Assembly (NCBI RefSeq): GCF_000008645.1
Contig: NC_000916.1
Location: 1,307,357 to 1,339,356, forward strand
DNA length: 32,000 bases
Source: Methanothermobacter thermautotrophicus str. Delta H
Lineage (GTDB): Archaea > Methanobacteriota > Methanobacteria > Methanobacteriales > Methanothermobacteraceae
Reading direction: 5' to 3'
In this document: one piece after another, positions 11,439 to 19,199 of the stretch
Layout of the letters: every line of letters begins with the position of its first letter
Position numbering within the stretch: the first letter of the stretch is position 1
Notes under the pieces: model-generated
What the model saw: the letters and a program-made list of their open reading frames with translations, nothing else
Database searches by the model: none
What the model was told of the DNA's origin: nothing
Translations under genes and position numbers: made by a program

Positions 11439-11732
11439 ATGACACAGAAGAAGGGCCTTGGAATGGGACTGGATGCACTGATCCAGTCAAGGACAAGGAA
11501 GGAACCTGAAAAAGATACCGGAAAGGATGATGATGCACGCATCCAGGAGGTCATACGGGAAGTTAAGAAGAATCCCCGGGTTACCCTTTGGTCTGCAAGA
11601 TCAGCAGCTGTTTTAAGGTACCTTAAAAAGACGCAGCCAGAATTCAGCATAAGCAGGGAGGCATCTGCCCTTATAGAGCAGGCGGTGAGGAATAAGTACC
11701 CTGATATATGGGAGCTGTTTTCTGAACTTTAG
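11439..11732 (+). CDS. Small partition-adaptor candidate: ParB-type N-terminal peptide + putative ribbon-helix-helix C-terminus (SegB/ParG-like role)
   Basis: The ATG lies 1 nt after the parA stop and is preceded by GGAGGG. The product is 97 aa. Its N-terminus MTQKKGLGMGLDALIQ resembles the ParB/Spo0J N-terminal motif KKRGLGRGLDALL. The C-terminal RVTLWSARSAAVLRYLKK...SISREASALIEQAVRNKY has a strand-helix-helix pattern. Confidence 0.5.
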   Translation: MTQKKGLGMGLDALIQSRTRKEPEKDTGKDDDARIQEVIREVKKNPRVTLWSARSAAVLRYLKKTQPEFSISREASALIEQAVRNKYPDIWELFSEL

Positions 11733-11758
11733 GCGCCCGTGGATCGCCCATGGCTGCT

Positions 11759-12937
11759 TCACTCCCTTCTATCTTTACCCCATTCAGCCAGTGTGGACTG
11801 GAAGCCATCAAGGTATATGAATGGTTCTGCCCTATTCATCCTCACACCCATCTTTCTGAGCCTTTCAGGTGTGAGGCGTGTCCTGCTGCGCATCTCAATT
11901 ATTCTCCTGGCAGACTTGGGACCGATCCCGGGGACCCTTATGATTTCATGGTAGGGTGCGCTCTCAAGGTCAACAGGAAAGATATCCATATCCATTGCAG
12001 CAGCATATTTCGGGTCAAGGTCCGTGTCAAGGTAGCCCCCACTGAACCTGAGTTCATCTGGACTGAAACCATAGGAACTGAGGAGGGAATCTGCCTGATA
12101 AAGCCTAAGAACCCTCATAGGATCAGCTTCATCCCTGGATTCGAGGGGAGTGCCCTCCATGGGCTGGAAGCCGCTGAAGTAAACCCTTTTAATTGAGAAA
12201 CGGTCATGGATCCACCCGACTCTTTTCACTATATCCTCATCTGTTTCATCAACGGCCCCAACCATGAGCTGTGTGCTCTGACCTGAGGGTGCAAGTTCGG
12301 GGTGCCTCTTCCGTAACCTGTGTATCCACCTCATTCTCCGGAGTATATCAACACCGTAATCCTTGGTTGATGAAAGCTCATCCAGGCCATCGGGGGTGGC
12401 TGTCTCGATGTTGATGCTCACACGGCTTGCAAGCTCCATGGCCCTCTTTATGCTATCCATGGAGGATCCCGGTATGATCTTGAGGTGTATGTAACCACCA
12501 TAGCCTTCCAGACGGAGGATCCTGAGGGTTTCTATGAGACGCTCCATGGTTTCATCCGGGTCGTGGCTGACACCGGAACTTAGGAAGAGACCATCAACAT
12601 ATCTCCTCTCATAGTAGTCAAGGAATACCCTGGCAATTTCCTCAGGGCTGAGCTCCACCGGCATCTCGCATGAGCTGTTTATACAGTACCTGCAGTCATT
12701 GCAGCACCTGTTGGTGAGGAGCACCTTGAAGAGGGGGACCCTGCAGCCCCTGTAACTGGTGTAGTAGATGCCAGGGACAGCTGTATTTCGCTGTGATGGG
12801 TCAGCACTGTAATCACACAGGTCAAACTGGGCGCTGTCACTTAGTACCTGGACCCTTTCACCGAGACTCATGGAGGTATATATGTGGAGGCTTCTATTAA
12901 TTATTTTACCAGTACATGGACTGCCAGATTTTACCAT
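11759..12937 (-). CDS. Radical SAM protein with C-terminal helix-hairpin-helix domain (putative DNA-associated radical SAM enzyme)
   Basis: Carries the CxxxCxxC cluster motif (CNDCRYC) and a C-terminal HhH motif (IIRVPGIGPKSARRIIEM). The start is uncertain. ATG 12871 (MSLGERVQVLSD...) is an alternative to 12937. Confidence 0.8.
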   Translation of the reverse strand: MVKSGSPCTGKIINRSLHIYTSMSLGERVQVLSDSAQFDLCDYSADPSQRNTAVPGIYYTSYRGCRVPLFKVLLTNRCCNDCRYCINSSCEMPVELSPEEIARVFLDYYERRYVDGLFLSSGVSHDPDETMERLIETLRILRLEGYGGYIHLKIIPGSSMDSIKRAMELASRVSINIETATPDGLDELSSTKDYGVDILRRMRWIHRLRKRHPELAPSGQSTQLMVGAVDETDEDIVKRVGWIHDRFSIKRVYFSGFQPMEGTPLESRDEADPMRVLRLYQADSLLSSYGFSPDELRFSGGYLDTDLDPKYAAAMDMDIFPVDLESAPYHEIIRVPGIGPKSARRIIEMRSRTRLTPERLRKMGVRMNRAEPFIYLDGFQSTLAEWGKDRRE

Positions 12938-12953
12938 TAGATTGGACTGCCAG
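12903..12953. repeat. Tandem 25/26-bp direct repeat at the 5' end of the radical SAM gene
   Basis: Copy 1 (12903-12927) reads ATTTTACCAGTACATGGACTGCCAG. Copy 2 (12928-12953) reads ATTTTACCATTAGATTGGACTGCCAG. Confidence 0.8.
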
Positions 12954-13304
12954 ATGACCAGAAATTAACCATTAAATGAGTTTTAATGACAGTTGGATAT
13001 ATGAACATTTTAACGGCTATTTCACAATTTAAACCACCGAATCAGGCACGAAATTCGAATCAGACCTCTAAATGATCCAGATGGATTTTGCAGCCTCTTT
13101 CAGTATAATCCATTGGACCATCGCAACCAGAAAGGAGCTTAAAATGACTTATTTTTCGAAAAAGACGATTTAGATTGTCAAAGAGGTTTAAAGGGGAAAT
13201 AAAAATGACACATCCATTATCAGCATATTTGAAAAAGGATTAAAAGGTTTTAATTGAAAAAAAGAGTTTTATGATGCCTTATTTTTTGATTTGGAGGCAA
13301 AATA

Positions 13305-13312
13305 TTTATATA
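13305..13312 (+). promoter_or_regulatory. Canonical archaeal TATA box (TTTATATA) preceded by an A-rich BRE-like stretch
   Basis: GCAAAATATTTATATATGG read directly. It lies about 170 nt upstream of the GTG at 13480. The orientation is inferred, not demonstrated. Confidence 0.35.
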
Positions 13313-13410
13313 TGGCTTCGCAGTTATATTCCTACCATCCAGAGGGAACGATAAACGTATTTCTGGATTGGAGGCGGTACAATTAAGCGATTTTTTATTA
13401 CATCCCTGTT

Positions 13411-13460
13411 CCTCCTTCCCATGGTAGCAGCAGGTGTGGCTGCTTCCCATGATGCGGAGG
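13411..13460 (+). promoter_or_regulatory. Interrupted 16-bp hairpin pairing CCUCC (13411-13415) with GGAGG (13456-13460); candidate SD-sequestering leader structure
   Basis: Hand-folded into three helices: 13411-15 with 13456-60 (5 bp), 13420-24 with 13447-51 (5 bp), and 13426-31 with 13439-44 (6 bp), closing a 7-nt loop. Confidence 0.4.
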
Positions 13461-13479
13461 ATGGAAGAACTTTGTAACC

Positions 13480-13872
13480 GTGAAGCCGGTTAAGGTTGCT
13501 GCAGCAAAGCACACCTACAAGAAAAAGAGGGTTCATACAAAGGCCTACTACAGGAAGAAGGTCTACAAGAGGAAACACGTCAGGGCCTACAGACGCATAT
13601 CCCGTGATGTGGGAGCATCTTACCACAGGGTAACTTCACAGTACGTTGAATCGGTGGGTAGATGTTCATGCTCACTCCACACAGACTACGCTGAACACAG
13701 GGCTGCCTTCAGGAACCACTGCCCCTTCTGTGGCAGGGACGGTACACTGAGGTATGAGAAGGGTCCCACCTGTCCAGAGGGTATGTGGGTATGCAGTCAC
13801 TGTGACGCGGATTTCTGTCTTGTACATGGAAAGTCCCACACAGCAAGGGCAAGGTACCTTATCAGGTGCTGA
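13480..13872 (+). CDS. Hypothetical protein: K/R/Y/H-rich basic N-terminal tail + Cys/His-rich zinc-ribbon-like C-terminal domain
   Basis: 130 aa with a GTG start. The tail reads HTYKKKRVHTKAYYRKKVYKRKHVRAYRR. The Cys-rich part reads CSCSLH...HCPFCGRDGTL...CPEGMWVCSHCDADFCLVHGKSH. Codon usage matches neighbouring genes. Confidence 0.5.
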   Translation: MKPVKVAAAKHTYKKKRVHTKAYYRKKVYKRKHVRAYRRISRDVGASYHRVTSQYVESVGRCSCSLHTDYAEHRAAFRNHCPFCGRDGTLRYEKGPTCPEGMWVCSHCDADFCLVHGKSHTARARYLIRC

Positions 13873-14004
13873 TGCAGTCTCTAAACTCCATCATCTTCTG
13901 TCGGCCGCAGGGTATCTTACGGGGCTGATGCATTCCATCAGCTCCGGTCATTTTTCTCTGTTTGTTACAAATAATTTAAATAAATTGAGCGCTGACCATC
14001 ATAC

Positions 14005-15348
14005 ATGAGAGTTGTACTTGCAGGGACAGGGAGTGCGGTTGGTAAGACCACAATAGCAACAGGGATAATGAAGGCGCTCTCAGGTAGAGGCGTGCAGCCC
14101 TTCAAGGTTGGCCCAGACTACATAGACCCATCCTATCATACCATGGCCACCGGCAACACCTCAAGGAACATTGACTCATTCTTCATGACAGAGGCCCAGA
14201 TAAGGGAGGCATTCACAAGGGCCATGAAATTATCAGGATCCAGGATGGGCATAATAGAGGGTGTAAGGGGATTATATGAGGGTATAAGCCCGATAGGAGA
14301 TACAGGAAGTACGGCATCAGTTGCAAAGGCACTCGATGCTCCGGTTGTCCTTATAATAAACTCAAGGAGCCTTGTTAAGAGCGCTGCAGCAATGGTCCTA
14401 GGATTCAGAAGCCTCGACAGGGAGGTTAAAATAGAGGGCGTCATACTGAACCAGGTCAAGAACAGGAGGCACTACCTCAAGACCAGAAGGGCCGTGGAGG
14501 AACTGACCGGCACAGCGGTTATTGGGGGCATACCCCGCAGCAGTGAACTCGAGGTTGAACAGAGACACCTCGGCCTTGTCCCTGCAGTTGAGAGGGATAC
14601 CATAGCAGCCCAAATCGAGAAGTGGGGCCTTGCAATGGAGGAGTACATTGACCTGGAGGCCCTTCAGGATATAATGTCCTCCGCAGGGAAGATAAGGGGT
14701 GAAAGGCAACCTCTCTGGCAGAGGGGAAACAGAAAGAGGGTTAGGATAGGTGTTGCCATCGACGAGGCCTTTAACTTCTACTACCAGGAGAACATTGAGG
14801 CCCTTGAGGACAACGCAGCATCTGTGGTTCCCTTCAGCCCCATACACGACGAGGAGCTTCCAGATGTTGACGCCGTCTACATCGGTGGGGGATACCCCGA
14901 GATCTTTGCAGCGGAACTTGAATCCAACACCTCAATGAGGAAGTCCATCCAGAGGTTCCATGCAGATGGGAGACCTATCTTCGGGGAATGCGGTGGCCTC
15001 ATGTACCTCATGAGTTCAATCGATGAACGTGAAATGTGCGGTGTTTTCCCACACCCCGCTGAAATGACAGGACGCGTCCAGGGATTGAGTTACGTGATAG
15101 CCGAGGCAGTGATGGATAACCTGATCACAGAGGCCGGTGATAAATTCAGGGGACATGAGTTCCACTACTCAAGGGTCCTGGGGGCTTCAGGCGGAAAATT
15201 CGCCTTCAGGGTCCTCCGGGGGAGGGGGATAGTGGATTCCCTTGATGGTATCACATCAGGCTCATCCCTTGCAAGCTACATCCACATACATGCCGCATCC
15301 TGCCCACAGTTTGCTGCAAATTTCACAAGGAATGCCTGGGAGTTTTAG
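14005..15348 (+). CDS. cbiA: Cobyrinate / Ni-sirohydrochlorin a,c-diamide synthase (CbiA/CfbB family amidotransferase)
   Basis: 447 aa with an N-terminal P-loop ([12 protein letters not shown]) and a C-terminal GATase-1 domain with the nucleophile motif [10 protein letters not shown]. The sequence alone cannot separate the cobalamin (CbiA) role from the F430 (CfbB) role. Confidence 0.85.
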   Translation: MRVVLAGTGSAVGKTTIATGIMKALSGRGVQPFKVGPDYIDPSYHTMATGNTSRNIDSFFMTEAQIREAFTRAMKLSGSRMGIIEGVRGLYEGISPIGDTGSTASVAKALDAPVVLIINSRSLVKSAAAMVLGFRSLDREVKIEGVILNQVKNRRHYLKTRRAVEELTGTAVIGGIPRSSELEVEQRHLGLVPAVERDTIAAQIEKWGLAMEEYIDLEALQDIMSSAGKIRGERQPLWQRGNRKRVRIGVAIDEAFNFYYQENIEALEDNAASVVPFSPIHDEELPDVDAVYIGGGYPEIFAAELESNTSMRKSIQRFHADGRPIFGECGGLMYLMSSIDEREMCGVFPHPAEMTGRVQGLSYVIAEAVMDNLITEAGDKFRGHEFHYSRVLGASGGKFAFRVLRGRGIVDSLDGITSGSSLASYIHIHAASCPQFAANFTRNAWEF

Positions 15349-15388
15349 CATGGAGGGATTTCTGCTGATCCAGAAGGGGGGGCCATAA

Positions 15389-16468
15389 ATGAGGTTTGAT
15401 GTGTTTTCACCATACTCAGTGGTGGCTGTCATTATAATCTACCTTTCCCTGGCACTGACCGGAACCGGACTCGGCCTGAGGGGACTTGAACCACCTTCAG
15501 CCCTTTCCATCATATACATTGCCACCGGAACGGTCGCCCTCATTGGAGGTGTTTACCTATCATCAGGGTTCAGGATAGGGAAGATAAGGACCCATGAAGG
15601 TTCCGAACCATTCCTCGTGGCTTTAGTGATTGCCGGAATTCTCATCCAGGCAATTAACCTGTATCTTCTGGGGGGAATCCCACTCCTAAGCGGATACCTC
15701 AAGGCAAGGGCTGTCACAAAGTTATGGTTCATCTCATACCTGTTATTCCTCCCATCCATCAACATACTCCTGGCAGCGTATCCACGGAGGAAATACTACA
15801 TCCCCCTCATCATGGGGGCCATTCTCTTCGCCCTCACAGGTTACAGGACAACTGTGGTGGTCATACTCCTCAGCGGCACCATAACCCTCTACTATTCAGC
15901 CAGGCCCTCCTGGAGGGAACTGGGAGTTTTAATCTCTGCGCTTGCAGTTGCAGCTCTTCTTGTTGGCTACGTTGCAGTTAAATCCATTGAGTGGCAGACC
16001 TGGACCCTTAACCCGGTGGAACTTCTCCTCTACAGGGCAGGCTACACCCTCACAGTCTTTGACAGGATAATATCCCTGCAAGGTGCAACAGGCGGCAAAC
16101 TTCTCTATTACACCCTGACAGGGTACATCCACTCCACCGACCCCAGGGCAATCGTTGGGGAGGTTGTACTGGGTTACAGCCACTCCACAACATCCACGAT
16201 TTTTGGACCATCCCTCCTCGATTTCGGATTACATGCAATGCTTTTCCAGATGTTTATACTGGGCCTGCTTCTGGGGCTCATGCACCGAATTCAGGGAGTT
16301 CTCGACGGCTTTTTCACGGGTATATACTCCATCATACTGGCCCAGACAATTGTATGGGTTGAAACGGGACCCACGGACCTTGTGGTCTGGGTATTCTACC
16401 TTATAGGATTCATATCAGCAATATACGTTCTCTGGAGGTGTTACTCTGAGGCTGGCAGTTGCAGCTGA
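15389..16468 (+). CDS. Polytopic membrane protein (about 10-11 TM), resembles archaeal oligosaccharide repeat-unit polymerase (Wzy-like)
   Basis: 359 aa that is almost entirely hydrophobic helices, with one larger loop (EWQTWTLNPVELLLYRAGYTL...GATGGKLLYYTLTGYIHSTDPRA). The family call is from general resemblance only. Confidence 0.45.
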   Translation: MRFDVFSPYSVVAVIIIYLSLALTGTGLGLRGLEPPSALSIIYIATGTVALIGGVYLSSGFRIGKIRTHEGSEPFLVALVIAGILIQAINLYLLGGIPLLSGYLKARAVTKLWFISYLLFLPSINILLAAYPRRKYYIPLIMGAILFALTGYRTTVVVILLSGTITLYYSARPSWRELGVLISALAVAALLVGYVAVKSIEWQTWTLNPVELLLYRAGYTLTVFDRIISLQGATGGKLLYYTLTGYIHSTDPRAIVGEVVLGYSHSTTSTIFGPSLLDFGLHAMLFQMFILGLLLGLMHRIQGVLDGFFTGIYSIILAQTIVWVETGPTDLVVWVFYLIGFISAIYVLWRCYSEAGSCS

Positions 16469-16469
16469 A

Positions 16470-17486
16470 ATGGCCCCTGCGAAGACATTCCACCCCCTGA
16501 TGGAAGACACTGAACATGATTATCACTGCCTCTGTCATGGCGATGGTGTTAGGGAGATCCTTGATGGCCTCTGTTCACGATTCTATTCCATGGGTGCAGG
16601 CAGGAGCCGGTCAGGGAGGGCGGTTGAGGTTGGAGCACTTGTCCTGAGGGACATCATGAGGACCTGGAGGCACCTCGGGGTGATAGAGCCTGACATGGTC
16701 CTCACATGTGGAAATGCCGGCGATGTCAGGAAGGCCATAGCAGCTTCACGTCTCAGGGGTATCGGTGTCCTCCACGTTGAACAGGATATCTACAACCCCA
16801 TCGAGATGATAGCCTTCGCAGACATTGTAACGGCACCTTCAGGACGCTACAGGGATTACCTTGAGGACCAGTACCTCCTTGAGAATGTTGAGGTCATCGG
16901 AGGATACCCCCACGCCCTCTATGTGAGCCGCCTCCAGATCGTAGACCCGGGGATAAGGGACTACACCCTCCTTGTACTTGGCGGGGACCTGAGGAGAAGG
17001 GACATACCGGAGGTGATCTCAGGGGTTGAAGCACTTGACAGGAGAGTCCTGGTTGTCCCGTTCCGTTTCAGCCCGGATTATGTCAGGAGCTTTGTAAAAT
17101 CTGGCAACGTGGAGGTACTTGAGGGCTTCGTTGACCTTCCCTCCCTCATGAGCGCCGCTGACCTCATGGTATACGGTGCCGGAATGGGCATCACAATCGA
17201 GGCGGCGGTACTGGGTGTCCCCTCCATCAAGATTAAGGGCTTCCACGGGAGGCATGCCAGTGTTGACCTCGCCGGTGAGGTGGGGATACCGGTTGCTGAT
17301 GCTGGTGATCTGAGGGATGTGGTGGATGATGTCAGACCACCAGCAGCATCAGACATTGTCAGAAACGCTGAAGCTGCTTTAAGCAAGCTTTCAGAACTTG
17401 TAGAAGATTTTAATGAATTTGCCGGTCCCAGAGGTGGTTTTAAGTCCATGAAACGAATCTGGGATGCCCGCAAACATTTCAGGTAG
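16470..17486 (+). CDS. Putative GT-B fold glycosyltransferase (MurG/GT28-like C-terminal domain)
   Basis: The ATG lies 2 nt after the upstream stop. The C-terminal half (LLVLGGD...SAADLMVYGAGMGITIEAAVLGVPSIKI) resembles the MurG/Alg13-type nucleotide-sugar binding domain. The N-terminus is uncertain because the frame stays open upstream as LRLAVAAE. Confidence 0.4.
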   Translation: MAPAKTFHPLMEDTEHDYHCLCHGDGVREILDGLCSRFYSMGAGRSRSGRAVEVGALVLRDIMRTWRHLGVIEPDMVLTCGNAGDVRKAIAASRLRGIGVLHVEQDIYNPIEMIAFADIVTAPSGRYRDYLEDQYLLENVEVIGGYPHALYVSRLQIVDPGIRDYTLLVLGGDLRRRDIPEVISGVEALDRRVLVVPFRFSPDYVRSFVKSGNVEVLEGFVDLPSLMSAADLMVYGAGMGITIEAAVLGVPSIKIKGFHGRHASVDLAGEVGIPVADAGDLRDVVDDVRPPAASDIVRNAEAALSKLSELVEDFNEFAGPRGGFKSMKRIWDARKHFR

Positions 17487-17660
17487 GTTGTTCTGGCTGT
17501 CTGCGCACCTCTTCTTTCTGGTAGTCCTCTTCTCATATTCTCAGCTGATTGTTTCTCTGGAGATCCCTGAGGTTCTTCCATATTCCACAGATCACCAACA
17601 TTTATTAATAACATTTAATAATTAATTATTAACATCAGTATTAAAATGGAGGTTTTTGTT

Positions 17661-18074
17661 ATGAGCACATCTCTGGGTGATGAGGTTATAGTCATGCAGA
17701 GCAGGAGCTACAGCTGTGGACCGGCAGCGCTTGCAACGGTCCTCAGAAACCTTGGAGTGAACTGTACCGAGGCAGAACTTGCAGAACTTGCAGGTACAGA
17801 CGAATCAGGTACCACAATGTATGGACTGATCGTTGCAGCAACTTCAAAGGGCCTGAGAGCAAGGGGAGTTAAAATGGAACTCAATGATCTTAGAAAAAAC
17901 CACATAGTCTTTGTTAAGTATGGAGACACATGTCACTACACAGTCATCATGTCCATGGATGAGAGAAATGTCACACTTGCAGACCCTGCACTTGGGAGGA
18001 TCACAGTTAAGAGGGAGATATTTTCAAGGATCTTCACGGGCAATGTCCTTGTTGTTGAAAGACCCTGTGATTAA
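17661..18074 (+). CDS. Stand-alone peptidase C39-like (papain-fold cysteine peptidase) domain protein
   Basis: 137 aa from ATG 17661, with GGAGG 9 nt upstream. Q-x6-C (QSRSYSCGPAALATVL), His (CHYTVIM) and Asp (LADPALG) follow the order and spacing of the C39 catalytic set. No signal peptide or TM segment is present. Confidence 0.6.
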   Translation: MSTSLGDEVIVMQSRSYSCGPAALATVLRNLGVNCTEAELAELAGTDESGTTMYGLIVAATSKGLRARGVKMELNDLRKNHIVFVKYGDTCHYTVIMSMDERNVTLADPALGRITVKREIFSRIFTGNVLVVERPCD

Positions 18075-18242
18075 TAAATTCAATATTAAATTAAATGATT
18101 AAAATATTATTTATAATTTGAATTTTAACCATCCGCATCCCAGCAACCGTGAAAAATATACTACTGATATAAAAGCTTAATCATAATCTTTAAATCATAA
18201 AATACTTAATAAGGTGCAAAATAATAAGATTCTGGTGATCTA

Positions 18243-19073
18243 ATGGTTGTAAAAATTGGGATAATAAGATGCGGTAACATCGGGACCTCACCGGTACTTG
18301 ACCTGTTACTAGATGAGAGGGCCGACAGGCCAAACATAGATGTCTGTGTGGTTGGTTCTGGTGCAAAGATGAACCCTGATGAAATTGAGAGGGCAGTACC
18401 CACCATGCTTGAAATGGACAGGGACTTTGTTATATTTATAAGTCCAAACCCCGGTGCACCGGGCCCTGCAAAGGCAAGGGAACTCCTATCAGAGGCTGAC
18501 GTCCCTGCCATGATAATTGGTGACGCTCCAGGTCTGAGGGTAAAGGATGAAATAGAGGAACAGGGACTCGGTTACATCATAGTTAAGGCGGACCCAATGA
18601 TAGGTGCCAGGAGGGAGTTCCTGGACCCAACAGAGATGGCATCCTTCAACTCCGACGTTATAAAGGTTCTGGCGTTCACAGGTGCATACAGGGTCGTTCA
18701 GAACACAATTGATGCCATGATTGCCGATGTTGAGGCTGGAAAGGCTCCTGAACTTCCACAGGTTGTTATAGATACCGACGTGGCTGTTGAGGCAGCAGGA
18801 TATGAGAACCCATATGCAAAGGCCAAGGCCATGGCAGCATATGAGATAGCCACCAAGGTTGCAGATATAGACGTTAAGGGCTGCTTCATGGTGCAGGATC
18901 CAGACAAGTACATACCAATAGTTGCATCAGCACATGAAATGCTGGCCGCAGCAGCCAAACTTGCAGTAGAAGCAAGGGAGATTGAAAAGGCCAACGACAC
19001 CGTCCTCAGGACACCACACGGTAAAGAGGGCGAAACATTAAGCAAAACTGATCTTCTGGCCAAACCAGAATAG
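18243..19073 (+). CDS. mtd: F420-dependent methylenetetrahydromethanopterin dehydrogenase
   Basis: 276 aa. The N-terminus MVVKIGIIRCGNIGTSPVLDLLLDERADR and the overall length match Mtd. GGTGAT lies 3 nt upstream of the ATG. Confidence 0.93.
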   Translation: MVVKIGIIRCGNIGTSPVLDLLLDERADRPNIDVCVVGSGAKMNPDEIERAVPTMLEMDRDFVIFISPNPGAPGPAKARELLSEADVPAMIIGDAPGLRVKDEIEEQGLGYIIVKADPMIGARREFLDPTEMASFNSDVIKVLAFTGAYRVVQNTIDAMIADVEAGKAPELPQVVIDTDVAVEAAGYENPYAKAKAMAAYEIATKVADIDVKGCFMVQDPDKYIPIVASAHEMLAAAAKLAVEAREIEKANDTVLRTPHGKEGETLSKTDLLAKPE

Positions 19074-19097
19074 ATCAGTTCTGGTTTTACTTTTTTT
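19065..19097 (+). terminator. Hairpin (CCAGAA/TTCTGG) overlapping the mtd stop, followed by TTTTACTTTTTTT
   Basis: Stem 19065-19070 pairs with 19079-19084. T-runs follow at 19085-19088 and 19091-19097. Confidence 0.5.
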
Positions 19098-19199
19098 CTC
19101 CCTTTAATATAATTTTAGAGGTCTCAGCTGAAAAGACATCCACACAAGTTTTGAAGTTCCACAGCAAAATGAAGTGGGGATGGAGAGGTTCAGATTAAC

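Noticed and set aside
13452-13493. A mini-ORF (MRRMEELCNREAG*) overlapping the GGAGG and the GTG start could be a leader peptide.
   Set aside because: It has no ribosome-binding site of its own and no recognisable regulatory codon pattern. It cannot be distinguished from chance in a 42-nt stretch.
17488-17625. A 45-codon TTG-initiated hydrophobic ORF (LFWLSAHLFFLVVLF...) directly upstream of the C39-like peptidase could be a bacteriocin-like precursor.
   Set aside because: It has no double-glycine leader and only a weak ribosome-binding site. The stretch is simply pyrimidine-rich and looks more like a terminator or spacer after the glycosyltransferase gene. It remains unproven rather than excluded.
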